Shown here piece after piece: positions 23,848 through 32,767 of a stretch of 64,000 bases of DNA. Under the pieces are notes generated by a model, which ran no database searches, was not told the origin of the DNA, and saw only the letters and a program-made list of their open reading frames with translations. Made by a program: the position numbers and the translations under genes. Source of the stretch: a virus; IMG/VR virus record IMGVR_UViG_3300005529_000002, positions 35,933 through 99,932 of that record. The stretch is one strand, 5' to 3'. Position 1 is the stretch's first letter, and the number at the start of each line of letters is the position of its first letter.

Positions 23848-24168
23848 TCACGTCCCGAGCCATGAGGGATCGCCGGCGTCGATCTCAAGCTGGCCGCCTC
23901 CGAACGGCGCGGTGATCTTGCGCCGGGGGCGGGGCTCGCGTTCAGCGGCGCGGCGCTCGAATGCCCGCCGCCGCTGTTCTTCGGCTTCAGCGAACGCCAG
24001 CCAGTCGTCGCAGTCAATGAGCCGCCCGTCCGGGAACTGGACGCCAGCCGGCGAAGCGGTTCCGTCATAGGTCATGGCTACGGCGGTGCCGGCTGCTTCC
24101 TCCTCGCTGTCCCAGATGTCGTAGTGCATCTGGTGATGCCGCCAGAACCACAGCGCTACCTCGCTCAC
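23848..24168 (-). CDS. Hypothetical moron protein
   Basis: GTGA-coupled. Confidence 0.7.
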   Translation of the reverse strand: MSEVALWFWRHHQMHYDIWDSEEEAAGTAVAMTYDGTASPAGVQFPDGRLIDCDDWLAFAEAEEQRRRAFERRAAEREPRPRRKITAPFGGGQLEIDAGDPSWLGT

Positions 24169-24344
24169 AGCCACCCCTTCGACGCCCGTCCGACCTTGCG
24201 CCTGACCTGACGCGGGGCGAGCCTCTTCACCAGCCCTGCGACGCCGCCCCGCTGGAAGGCCAGGAGATCACCCAGGGTCCTGTCTGTGAGGTAGAGGTTC
24301 CGTTCCGCCTTGCGGAGCCCGCCGGTCCTGCTGCGTGCCATCAC
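24165..24344 (-). CDS. Small basic protein
   Basis: GGGAGG RBS; LY...RTLGD..A..RG....VKRL pattern. Confidence 0.65.
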   Translation of the reverse strand: MMARSRTGGLRKAERNLYLTDRTLGDLLAFQRGGVAGLVKRLAPRQVRRKVGRASKGWL

Positions 24345-24532
24345 TGGCCTCCCGCTTTCGCTTGCCGGTCCCTGAGCGCCCGCTGCGCCATCACCTTCGC
24401 GCATGCCCTAGAGCAGTACACGGCGTCGGCGCGGCGGTTCCTGAACGGCTTGCTGCAGTCCTGGCGCGCGCATGTCCGCGCGACCGGTCTCGGGCGACCG
24501 CACTCCGGGCATGGCTCCGTGGCAACCTTCAC
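24341..24532 (-). CDS. CGNR-like Zn-finger protein
   Basis: CARQDCSKPF....DAVYCSRAC; leaderless TACGAT-6 nt-GTG. Confidence 0.7.
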   Translation of the reverse strand: MKVATEPCPECGRPRPVARTCARQDCSKPFRNRRADAVYCSRACAKVMAQRALRDRQAKAGGQ

Positions 24533-24670
24533 AAAGTTATCGTACCACGGTGATACGGTTCTAGCGCGCTGAAATACCACGGACCTTTACCCGCCTGTCA
24601 AGCCCAGCCTGATACCCGGGCACGGCAGCCAGCGTGACCCCCATGCGATCAGCCCGGGGAGGCCAACCCG

Positions 24671-25258
24671 ATGCCAACCTCGGACGAGCCCGGACAGCGC
24701 GGCAAGTGGTGCGCCGAGCACCAGCGGTACGAGTGCGTCAGCCCCTGCAAGGACCGCACCCCCTGCCACAGCCCCCGCATGGTGACCGGCACCGAAAAAT
24801 GCCGGATGCACCTGGGGAAGAAAGCGCAGCCGGTCATCGCCGAAGCCAGGATCGAGCAGGCCGCACGGAAACTCCTCTACCAGCACGACGCCGCCCCCGT
24901 AGCTGACCCGCTCGAAGCACTCCAGCGGCTCGCCGGCCGTGCCCTCGCTCTCGAGGAGACCATCGGCACGCTCGTCAACGATCTCCGCTCGCTCCGGTAC
25001 GAGACCGAGGCGGGCGGGGAGCAGCTCCGCGGCGAAGTGGCCGTGCTCGAGCGGGCGATGGACCGTGCCGGGCGCCTGCTAGTGGATATCGCGAAGCTGA
25101 ACATCGAGGAACGGCTCGCGAAAGTCACGATGCGGCAGGCGCAGATGGCGATGGACGCGCTCGCGGCGGCGATGGCAGGCATGGGGATGAGCGCGGATCA
25201 GCAGCAGGAGGCGCGGAGGCGTGTCGCCCGTCACCTCCGTCTTGTCCCCGCCGCTTAG
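24671..25258 (+). CDS. Terminase small subunit (putative)
   Basis: Directly upstream of TerL; N-terminal C..C..CRMH Zn motif, helical C-terminus. Confidence 0.75.
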   Translation: MPTSDEPGQRGKWCAEHQRYECVSPCKDRTPCHSPRMVTGTEKCRMHLGKKAQPVIAEARIEQAARKLLYQHDAAPVADPLEALQRLAGRALALEETIGTLVNDLRSLRYETEAGGEQLRGEVAVLERAMDRAGRLLVDIAKLNIEERLAKVTMRQAQMAMDALAAAMAGMGMSADQQQEARRRVARHLRLVPAA

Positions 25259-26921
25259 CACGGACCCGTTCGCGGCAGCGCTGGCCGGCCGGCTCGACCC
25301 GCCGCCGCCCCGGATCCCGGAACGCCAGTGGGGGACGCCCGGCGAGCTTGCGCGGGCCGTGGATCCGTCCACGGTGCAGACACCGGCGCTGGACCTGATC
25401 GATGAGGCGCTCGTCTGGGCGTACTCCACGCCCGGTGCCAGGCTGATCGTGTCGATCGGGCCTCAGGAAGGCAAGTCGACCAGGATCTCCAAGGTCGGGG
25501 TGCTGTGGGCGCTGATCCGCAACCCCGAGACGCGGATCGGGATCGTCTCCTACGCGCAGCCTCTCGCGGAGTCTTTCGGCCGGGAGATCCGGAACTGGAT
25601 CACCACGTTCAACGGCGATGACGGTGCGCTGGACCTGGGCTTGCGCATCGCCCCGGATTACGGGTCGGCGAAGCGCTGGCAGCTCGCGGGGCACCGGGGC
25701 GGCGTGCTGTGCGCGGGTCTCCAGGGCGGGATATCGGGGCGCCCGCTCGACACGCTCCTGATCGACGACCCGTTCGCCGACCGCAAGCAGGCCGACTCGG
25801 CCTACTACCGCGAGCTTGTCTGGGAATGGTGGCGTTCGGTCGGTTCCCGGCGCCTGTCACCTGACGGCCCGGTGATCCAGGTGGCTACCCGCTGGCACGA
25901 GGATGACCTTGCCGGGCGGATGCTCGCGGCCGAGGACGGCCACCGCTGGCGGCTGGTCAACATCCCGGCGCTGGCTGACCATGACCCGGCGAAAGGGCAG
26001 TCTGACCCGCTCGGCCGGGAACCGGGGCAGTGGCTCAGGTCCGCCCGCGGGCGGACTGATGCGCAGTGGGAGCAGATCCGGATCGAATCCGGGTCGCGGA
26101 ACTTCGCCGCCCTGTACCAGGGGCGCCCGTCTCCCGATGCGGGGAACGTGTGGAAGCGCCCGTGGTGGCGCAGGTACCGCGAGCCGCTGTGGTCCCAGCA
26201 TCCCCAGGTCCCCGGCGCGTACCTGGTCCGCGACGTGGATGAGCTCGTCATGTCGTGGGACATGACGTTCAAGGACACTAAAGGCTCCGACTTTGTCGCC
26301 GGCGGCCTGCTGGCGCGCCGCGGCGCGGACGTGTTCCTGCTCGACGTGATCCGCAAGCGGCTGTCGTTCCCTGACACCCTGACCGCCTTCGCCGCGTTCT
26401 GTGCCCGGTGGCCCGGCGCTACCGCGAAATACGTCGAGGACAAGGCCAACGGGCCGGCGGTCATCTCGACGCTGCGGTCGAAAATCCCCGGCATTGTCGC
26501 GGTCAACCCGAAGGACTCCAAGTACGGGCGGGCGACCGCGGTCGCGCCGTTCGTGGAAGCCGGGAACGTCCTGGTGCCGGACGCGGAGATCGCGCTTTTC
26601 GACCCTGAGGAACTGATCTCCGAAGCGGCGGCATTCCCTAACGGCTCGCATGACGACCTCGTGGACATGATGAGCCAGGGACTCGCGGAGCTGCTGTTGG
26701 ACGGGACCGGCGCTCAGGCGTGGATCGAGTGGGCGCGGAAGAAGGCCCTCGCCGCGCAGGGGACAGCGCCGGAGGCCGGCGCGCCGGAACCGGAACCGGA
26801 ACCGGAACCGGAACCGGACCCTGAACCCGGTGTGCCGCTCACCCCGGAGCAGGCGAGGAAACAGGCACGGGACGAGATGTACCGGCAGCAGCGGGAAAGG
26901 GCAGCTTCTTGGCAGAGGTAG
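25221..26921 (+). CDS. terL: Terminase large subunit
   Basis: Walker A PQEGKS, Walker B LLIDDP, TRWHEDDL, LYQGRP, SWD, EDKANG, FPNGSHDDLVD. Confidence 0.97.
   Translation: MSPVTSVLSPPLSTDPFAAALAGRLDPPPPRIPERQWGTPGELARAVDPSTVQTPALDLIDEALVWAYSTPGARLIVSIGPQEGKSTRISKVGVLWALIRNPETRIGIVSYAQPLAESFGREIRNWITTFNGDDGALDLGLRIAPDYGSAKRWQLAGHRGGVLCAGLQGGISGRPLDTLLIDDPFADRKQADSAYYRELVWEWWRSVGSRRLSPDGPVIQVATRWHEDDLAGRMLAAEDGHRWRLVNIPALADHDPAKGQSDPLGREPGQWLRSARGRTDAQWEQIRIESGSRNFAALYQGRPSPDAGNVWKRPWWRRYREPLWSQHPQVPGAYLVRDVDELVMSWDMTFKDTKGSDFVAGGLLARRGADVFLLDVIRKRLSFPDTLTAFAAFCARWPGATAKYVEDKANGPAVISTLRSKIPGIVAVNPKDSKYGRATAVAPFVEAGNVLVPDAEIALFDPEELISEAAAFPNGSHDDLVDMMSQGLAELLLDGTGAQAWIEWARKKALAAQGTAPEAGAPEPEPEPEPEPDPEPGVPLTPEQARKQARDEMYRQQRERAASWQR
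26784..26828 (+). repeat. (CCGGAA)5 microsatellite encoding a PE linker
   Basis: Direct reading of the sequence. Confidence 0.9.
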
Positions 26922-27451
26922 CGCGGCAGCAGGCGACGTTCGAGTTCGAGACGGACGGGCCGCCATGGAAGGGCACTGTGGCCGTCAACGGGCACAGGGT
27001 CATGAACGCCGCGTCTTTCGACGTTCACCTGGACTGCGAGTCGGTCCCCGTCGTGACCTTGAACCTGCTCTGCGCTGATGCGCTGCGGCTCGCGTTCAAG
27101 GACGCGGCACTGGTCCGGCTCGGAGACGAGACGCGGGATGGGCTTGTTTCCCTGGGCTGGACGCCGCCACCAGGAGAGGGTGGCCAGCGCCAGCGTATCG
27201 CCCTCCGTATCGCCTGGAGCGAGGACGGCACGGAACGCGCGGAGCTGTTCGGCCCGTGGGTATCCGGCGAGGACCAGGAAGACCTGTCGCACGTGCGGGC
27301 AGCGCTTGCTTTCGCCGCCAGATGGCGGGACGCTACCGGCCTGGAGCCTGCCGACGTGACTGCGATCGTGCTGAACGACCCGGACGGCTGGCTCGCGGAA
27401 CAGGCCCCGGCCGCAGCGGCGCGCCCCTGCGGCACCGAGTGCGACTGCTGA
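26909..27451 (+). CDS. Hypothetical protein (paralogue of the next gene plus an extra domain)
   Basis: VTLNL...DALRLA...TRDGLVSLGWTPP. Confidence 0.7.
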   Translation: MAEVARQQATFEFETDGPPWKGTVAVNGHRVMNAASFDVHLDCESVPVVTLNLLCADALRLAFKDAALVRLGDETRDGLVSLGWTPPPGEGGQRQRIALRIAWSEDGTERAELFGPWVSGEDQEDLSHVRAALAFAARWRDATGLEPADVTAIVLNDPDGWLAEQAPAAAARPCGTECDC

Positions 27452-27720
27452 TGGCGGACACGGACCCACCCCCGGCATTCAGCTTCGACGGCTCGTGGCC
27501 GTTCACCGGGACCCCGGAGGTCTCAGGCCACCCGGTAGCTACCGTCACCGCGTTCACCGTCCAGGCCGCCCCCGACGGCATACCTGCGGTCACCCTGACT
27601 CTCGTCGGCCCGGACGCGCTGCGCCTGGCGCTGGCTCCCGGCGCGGCACGGGTGCAGGTCTCGGACCAGACCCGTGAGGCGCTGATCTCGCTCGGCTGGA
27701 CGCCGCCGTCAGAACGGTGA
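27451..27720 (+). CDS. Hypothetical protein
   Basis: TGATG-coupled; VTLTL...DALRLA...TREALISLGWTPP. Confidence 0.7.
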   Translation: MADTDPPPAFSFDGSWPFTGTPEVSGHPVATVTAFTVQAAPDGIPAVTLTLVGPDALRLALAPGAARVQVSDQTREALISLGWTPPSER

Positions 27721-27733
27721 AGCGGGGGGATGG

Positions 27734-30700
27734 ATGAGCCTCCGGTCCCGCGCGGCACTCCTTGACCGGCCCGGCAGCACCGTGGCCGTCGCCAAGACGT
27801 TCGGTCCCGGTGTCCCGGAGTCGTTCCGGCAGGGCGAGCAGCAGTCCCAGATGACCCCGTCGTCCCCGTTCTCGCCGGGGACCCCGATCGGGCCGTACGA
27901 CGGATACGACCGGGTACCGCGATCCCGCGATTTCGTCACCGGGTACAACATCGCGGCCCGGCCCCGGCTGCACGAACGGGTGTCGTTCGGCACGCTGAAG
28001 GGCCTCATCGAGGCGTACGACGTCGCTTCCTTGTGTATCTGGCACAGGATCGACTCCATCCGGTCCCTGGACTGGAAGCTCGTCTCCGCTGACCATTTCG
28101 ACGGCGACGTCACCGACATGGTGCCGCTCGGCCTCGCCGCCCTGTACAAGCCCGACCGGGAGAACTACTTCGACACGTGGCTGGCCCGGTGGCTGTACGA
28201 CGTGCTGGCCTACGACGCCGCGCCGCTGTACCGGCTGCGGACCCGCGGCGGCCGGGCCGTGGGACTGATGCCGTTTGACGGGACCAGCCTCGCCCCGCTA
28301 CTCGACTACTGGGGCCGCTCCCCGGCCGCGCCGGCACCCGGCGAACCCGAGCCGGAAGCTTACGTCCAGTACGCGAACGGGCTGCCGTGGGGGTGGCTGA
28401 CCCGCAGCGACGTGATCTACCAGCCATTCCGGCCGCACAACGACTCGATCTACGGGCAGGCCCCGATCGAGACGATCATCCTGAACGCCAACACCGACCT
28501 GAGGTTCCAGGTCTACTTCCTCCAGCGCTTCACTGCAGGGAACCTGCCCGCCGCGTTCGCCTCCGCCCCTGAGTCCTGGGGCCCGGACCAGATCGAGCAG
28601 TTCCAGGTGCTGTGGGACAGCTTCATGTTCGAGGATCAGTCCCGCAAGCACCAGGTGCGGTGGATGCCGCCCGGCAGCAAGTTCGTCTGGTCGAATGAGA
28701 AGGACTTCTCCGACCAGTTCTCCCTGTTCCTGATGCGGAAGACTGCCGCCGCGTTCCATGTCGTGCCCGCCGACCTCGGGTTCACCGAGAACGTGAACAG
28801 GTCGTCGGGCGAGTCGCAGGCCGACGTGCAGCACCGGGTCGGGGACCTGCCGCTGATCCGGTACATACAGCGGGTCATCTCCAGTTTCCTGCAAGACGAC
28901 CTCGGTCTGCCGCTCAAGTTCGCGTTCGACATCGGCGAGGAGCAGGACGACCGGCTCGCCCAGGCCCAGGCCGACGACATCTACATCAAGAACGGCACGG
29001 TGTCGCCGAGTTACATCGCGGAGATGCGGTTCGGCCGCACTGACGCACGGCCGGTCCCGAGGTTCATCTTCACCGAGCGCTCCGGGCCGATCCCGCTGAA
29101 CTCGCTGGAAGCGGTGGCGGGGGAAATCGACCCGGCGACCGCCGCACCCGCGCTGGAGGCGGCGCTCCCGCACCAGGTGTTCGAGGAGGCCCCCGGCGTC
29201 GAGCCGAACCCGCCGCTGTACGGGCAGCCGCTCGCGGAGGAGATCTACGGGCCGTCCGCGATCCCGGCGCACACCGAGACGCAGTCCGCGCAGCCGGTGC
29301 GCGAGCCGGACGAGGCCGGGCAGGTCCGCAAGGAGATGGCGGCGTTCCGGAATTACAGCAGGAAGCGGCGGCAGCGCGGGGTGTGGCAGGACTTCGGGTT
29401 CCGTCACGTCCCGGCAGCCGAGGCGGCGCTGCTGAACGCCGAAGGCAAGCGCACGGTCGTCAAGGCCGCCTCCGGCCCGGACCTCAGCCCCGGTTCCGGC
29501 ATGATCTCCCTCGACCTGCCAGACGGCCTGATCGACCCGGTGCAGGGCGGCGTCACCGATCACCATGTCACGATCGTCTATCTCGGCCGGGACGTGGACG
29601 ACGAGGCGTTCGAGGCAGCATGCCTGCGCGCAGCGTCGGCCGCGGCGGGGATGCCGGGGCCGCTGGAGGCACAGGTGGGCGGCATCGGATCGTTCCCGCC
29701 CTCGGATGGCAGCGACGGGAAGATGCCCGTGTGGGCTGGGGTCACAATGCCGGGCGGGGAGCAGCTCCGCAGCGCACTGGCTGACCTGTCGGCCAGCGAG
29801 CACCCGGAGTGGAAACCGCACGTCACCCTCGCCTACGCCGAGCCGGGCGACCCGCTGCCCAGCCCGGTTCCAGCTGTCCCGGTGACGTTCACGCACCTGT
29901 CCGTGCACCGCGGCGGCGACGTGGCCAGGTTCCGTCTCGGCGGGGAGCCCGGCCCGGCCGGCTGCTGCGGCGCGGAGTGCTGCACGAGTGAAGGCGGATG
30001 CTGCGGCGGCTCCGCAGGTTGCCAGTGCGCCGCCAGCAGCGACATAGCCAAGGCGGTGGTGACCGGCCCAAAAGCGTGGCCCGGCTGGGAGCTTGACCTC
30101 CCCGCAGCCGGGTACTGGGCTCCTCTCCTCGCCGCCGCTCTTTCCGGGGCGCTGAGCAGGACCCGTGCTGAGCAGATAGCCCGCGCCTGGCTCGCGGAGC
30201 ACCCGCAGGACCAGCCGGAGCAGGGCAGGCGGGAGACCGTCGAAGCCGCCGCCGCATGGCTGTACGCGCAGGGCCTGGACCTCGTCTCGCCTATCACGCC
30301 GCTCATGCCGGGGATGATCGCGGACGCCGCCCTCATCGGCGGAGTGAGCGCGGCAGCGGCAGCGGACGGCACCCCGGCGGACACCGGGGACTGGCAGCCG
30401 GGGAACCAGGGCGCGGCACGGGACCGGGCGGAAGCACTCGGGCTCGGCGCTGTCCTCGGTGCCGCGCAGGACCGCAGCGACCAGGACGCGCAGCAGGCGG
30501 CCGGCGGGTACATGACCTCCCTGGCCCGCGTGCTGGCTGACAGCGCGTCGTCAGGACTGGGTGCGGCTGCTGCCGGGGCGGCGCTCCTCTCGGCGCTCAG
30601 CGACCCTGAGGCGGCCGGGCGGACGGTGCTGGGCGTGCTCGTCACCGGCATCGGGGCGGCGGCGCTCGCGCTGTACCTGGCACGGAAGGTGCAGCGGGTC

Positions 30701-30835
30701 GCGTTCACCACGGCGCTGGACGCCAGGGTATGCGTGACCTGCTCGCAGTACGCGGCCGGCAGTCCCTACCCGATCGCGAGCGCACCTCAGGTGCCAGTCC
30801 ATCCGGCGTGCCGCTGCGCGATCCAGCCGGCGTAG
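27734..30835 (+). CDS. Portal protein fused to a 2H phosphoesterase (Acb1-like) and a MuF-like domain
   Basis: Portal motifs (YGQAPIE, F..GNLP, AFHVVPADLG); HHVTIVYLG and WKPHVTLAY; DARVCVTC...PVHPACRC. Confidence 0.9.
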   Translation: MSLRSRAALLDRPGSTVAVAKTFGPGVPESFRQGEQQSQMTPSSPFSPGTPIGPYDGYDRVPRSRDFVTGYNIAARPRLHERVSFGTLKGLIEAYDVASLCIWHRIDSIRSLDWKLVSADHFDGDVTDMVPLGLAALYKPDRENYFDTWLARWLYDVLAYDAAPLYRLRTRGGRAVGLMPFDGTSLAPLLDYWGRSPAAPAPGEPEPEAYVQYANGLPWGWLTRSDVIYQPFRPHNDSIYGQAPIETIILNANTDLRFQVYFLQRFTAGNLPAAFASAPESWGPDQIEQFQVLWDSFMFEDQSRKHQVRWMPPGSKFVWSNEKDFSDQFSLFLMRKTAAAFHVVPADLGFTENVNRSSGESQADVQHRVGDLPLIRYIQRVISSFLQDDLGLPLKFAFDIGEEQDDRLAQAQADDIYIKNGTVSPSYIAEMRFGRTDARPVPRFIFTERSGPIPLNSLEAVAGEIDPATAAPALEAALPHQVFEEAPGVEPNPPLYGQPLAEEIYGPSAIPAHTETQSAQPVREPDEAGQVRKEMAAFRNYSRKRRQRGVWQDFGFRHVPAAEAALLNAEGKRTVVKAASGPDLSPGSGMISLDLPDGLIDPVQGGVTDHHVTIVYLGRDVDDEAFEAACLRAASAAAGMPGPLEAQVGGIGSFPPSDGSDGKMPVWAGVTMPGGEQLRSALADLSASEHPEWKPHVTLAYAEPGDPLPSPVPAVPVTFTHLSVHRGGDVARFRLGGEPGPAGCCGAECCTSEGGCCGGSAGCQCAASSDIAKAVVTGPKAWPGWELDLPAAGYWAPLLAAALSGALSRTRAEQIARAWLAEHPQDQPEQGRRETVEAAAAWLYAQGLDLVSPITPLMPGMIADAALIGGVSAAAAADGTPADTGDWQPGNQGAARDRAEALGLGAVLGAAQDRSDQDAQQAAGGYMTSLARVLADSASSGLGAAAAGAALLSALSDPEAAGRTVLGVLVTGIGAAALALYLARKVQRVAFTTALDARVCVTCSQYAAGSPYPIASAPQVPVHPACRCAIQPA

Positions 30836-30857
30836 ACCACCCGCCAGAGGAGCACTG

Positions 30858-31313
30858 ATGACCGTGACGGATGAGCGCACCGTCGAGGAGCGCCTCGCCG
30901 CGCTGGAGACGATGCTCGGACTGCGGGTTCCGGCATGGACGGACGAGCAGGCGGCCGAGTTCAAGGCCGAGTTCGACCGCCGCATGGGCGATGGCAAATT
31001 CGAGCACCACGAGGTCAGGCTGCTGCCGCCCGGTCCCGCGATCGAGCCCCTGCTCACCCCGGAGACGGCCCGCGCCCTGCTCCGCGAGTGCGTCACCGTC
31101 GTCAAGCCAGGCGAGACACTGGTGATCCGGTGCCCGGACTGGTGGGGACCCCAGCAGGTATATGAGTACCAGCGGTACCTGAACGAGATGACTGAAGGGT
31201 TCCGCGCCCTGGCCGTCGTCGGCGAGGAACTGGCCGTGGCCGCGAGTCAGGTTACGGCCGAGGGCTGCGGGTGCAGCGGCCAGGACTCCGGCCGGGCCGG
31301 CGACATCACGTAG
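30858..31313 (+). CDS. Hypothetical protein
   Basis: GAGGAG RBS; RECVTVVKPGETLVIR. Confidence 0.7.
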   Translation: MTVTDERTVEERLAALETMLGLRVPAWTDEQAAEFKAEFDRRMGDGKFEHHEVRLLPPGPAIEPLLTPETARALLRECVTVVKPGETLVIRCPDWWGPQQVYEYQRYLNEMTEGFRALAVVGEELAVAASQVTAEGCGCSGQDSGRAGDIT

Positions 31314-31591
31314 GTGCGGCTCATCTCATAGTCGACATAGACAGCGACGGACTCCGGGTATCTCCACGGTGCCGACCTGACCGCATTCTCGAAATCGCCG
31401 AGTGGCAGGAAGTTGAAGCACGCAGCGTAGACGGTGGCGCTGGTGACCTTGGTCCCCCCGCCTTCCCTGAGGCCGATCTCTTTCAGCTCCTGCTTGTGCG
31501 GGTCGTTCTCCTCAAGCCACCGGTTGAGCCAGGCGAGCGCGCTGGCCTCACTGTCGTCGCAGACGATCACGACATCGGTAAGCACGCTCAC
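31247..31591 (-). CDS. Hypothetical moron protein
   Basis: GGAGG RBS, GTGA-coupled; GGTK.....Y.A.FN...W.YPE.V. Confidence 0.75.
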   Translation of the reverse strand: MSVLTDVVIVCDDSEASALAWLNRWLEENDPHKQELKEIGLREGGGTKVTSATVYAACFNFLPLGDFENAVRSAPWRYPESVAVYVDYEMSRTYVMSPARPESWPLHPQPSAVT

Positions 31592-32145
31592 GGCCTCCAC
31601 TCCTCCCGGTAGCCGGGACGATGCCGGTAGCCCCAGCCGAGCAGCCGGACGGCACGCTCAAGTCCCTCGATCAGCTTCACGTCAGGCCCGCTGAAGGCCG
31701 GGCGCACCGCAGGAGCATCACCTGCCGCCCAGGCGCCGTAGTCGGCCGCCTCAGCTTTCCGCCGTGCCGTCGCAGCGGCCAGCTCGTCCAGGATCGCCAG
31801 TTCCGCATCGCACCGCGCGATCGTGTCACGCGGGTCGTTCGCCTCCATGAGCCGGGTAACCGACGAGTCGCCCATCGCCCAGGTGCCGTGCCATGTGTCA
31901 GTCTCGGTCGGCTCGGCGAAGACGAGGACGCCGCTTGACTGCTCGGTCCACTCGAAAGCGTTGCCCAGCCTGATCGCGTGCTGCGCGAGGTAAAGACGTT
32001 CGGCTACCCGCTGCCGCAGCCATGCCGGAAGTTCCGGCTCGCCGGGCCGGGGGAGCAGGTTCCTGAACTTCCAGCCTGGCGGCATCCTCACCTGAATACC
32101 CGGCTTCGCCGTCAGGTCGTACGGGACCAGTCCGTCTTCGCTCAC
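31588..32145 (-). CDS. DUF6221-like protein
   Basis: NDPRDTIARCDAELAILD...VRLLGWGYRHRPGYREEWRP. Confidence 0.8.
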   Translation of the reverse strand: MSEDGLVPYDLTAKPGIQVRMPPGWKFRNLLPRPGEPELPAWLRQRVAERLYLAQHAIRLGNAFEWTEQSSGVLVFAEPTETDTWHGTWAMGDSSVTRLMEANDPRDTIARCDAELAILDELAAATARRKAEAADYGAWAAGDAPAVRPAFSGPDVKLIEGLERAVRLLGWGYRHRPGYREEWRP

Positions 32146-32229
32146 TCTGGATCACGCTCCCGGCCGTCAACGATGACGTGCCCGTTCACGTCAAGGCTCA
32201 TGCCCTCCATCGTGCCAGGGAGGTGGGGC

Positions 32230-32748
32230 ATGGACGGTTTCCTTGTCGTCATCGACCGCGCCGAACTGCGGGCCGCGATACGGCGCAACCTCGCCGAGCA
32301 GGCCGCCCGCCAGCTTCCGGCACCGCTGCAGCGCGGCGTCGTCCGGCAGATGACCCCCGTCACCAAAGGCGAGGGAGAGAAGCGGTTCCTGCTCGGCCTG
32401 GCCTATCAGGCCGGGTTCGACCCGCGTATCCGCAAGGGGCAGGACGGCGGCCGGGACGCGTTCAGTCCCGAAGAGCTCGAAAAAGCCTGCTGGAGCTTCC
32501 TTCCCGGCGGCGGCCAGATCGGGATAGCCCACCTGGACGGCACTCTCGGCCACATGACCGTTACCGAGAACTACATATACCGGGGGCCGGACTGGGAGCA
32601 GCCGAGCGGCCTGGTGATCAAGTCCGGGATGGCGTGGCTGATCGGCGGGATCTGCGACGAGTACGCGTGGTCGCTGGCCAAATCCGGCAGGGTCAAGGGT
32701 TTCTCGCCGCAGGGCGGGGCGCGCCGCCGCCGTCTCGGGTACGCATGA
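32230..32748 (+). CDS. XkdF-like prohead serine protease
   Basis: KRFLLGLAY...D.FSPEELEKACWSF...H...ENY...W..G....W...KSG..KGFSPQG. Confidence 0.85.
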   Translation: MDGFLVVIDRAELRAAIRRNLAEQAARQLPAPLQRGVVRQMTPVTKGEGEKRFLLGLAYQAGFDPRIRKGQDGGRDAFSPEELEKACWSFLPGGGQIGIAHLDGTLGHMTVTENYIYRGPDWEQPSGLVIKSGMAWLIGGICDEYAWSLAKSGRVKGFSPQGGARRRRLGYA

Positions 32749-32767
32749 GCAGGCGAGGTGATCGCTT

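Noticed and set aside
26784-26828. Phase-variable repeat in terL
   Set aside because: The 6-bp unit preserves the frame; simple PE linker
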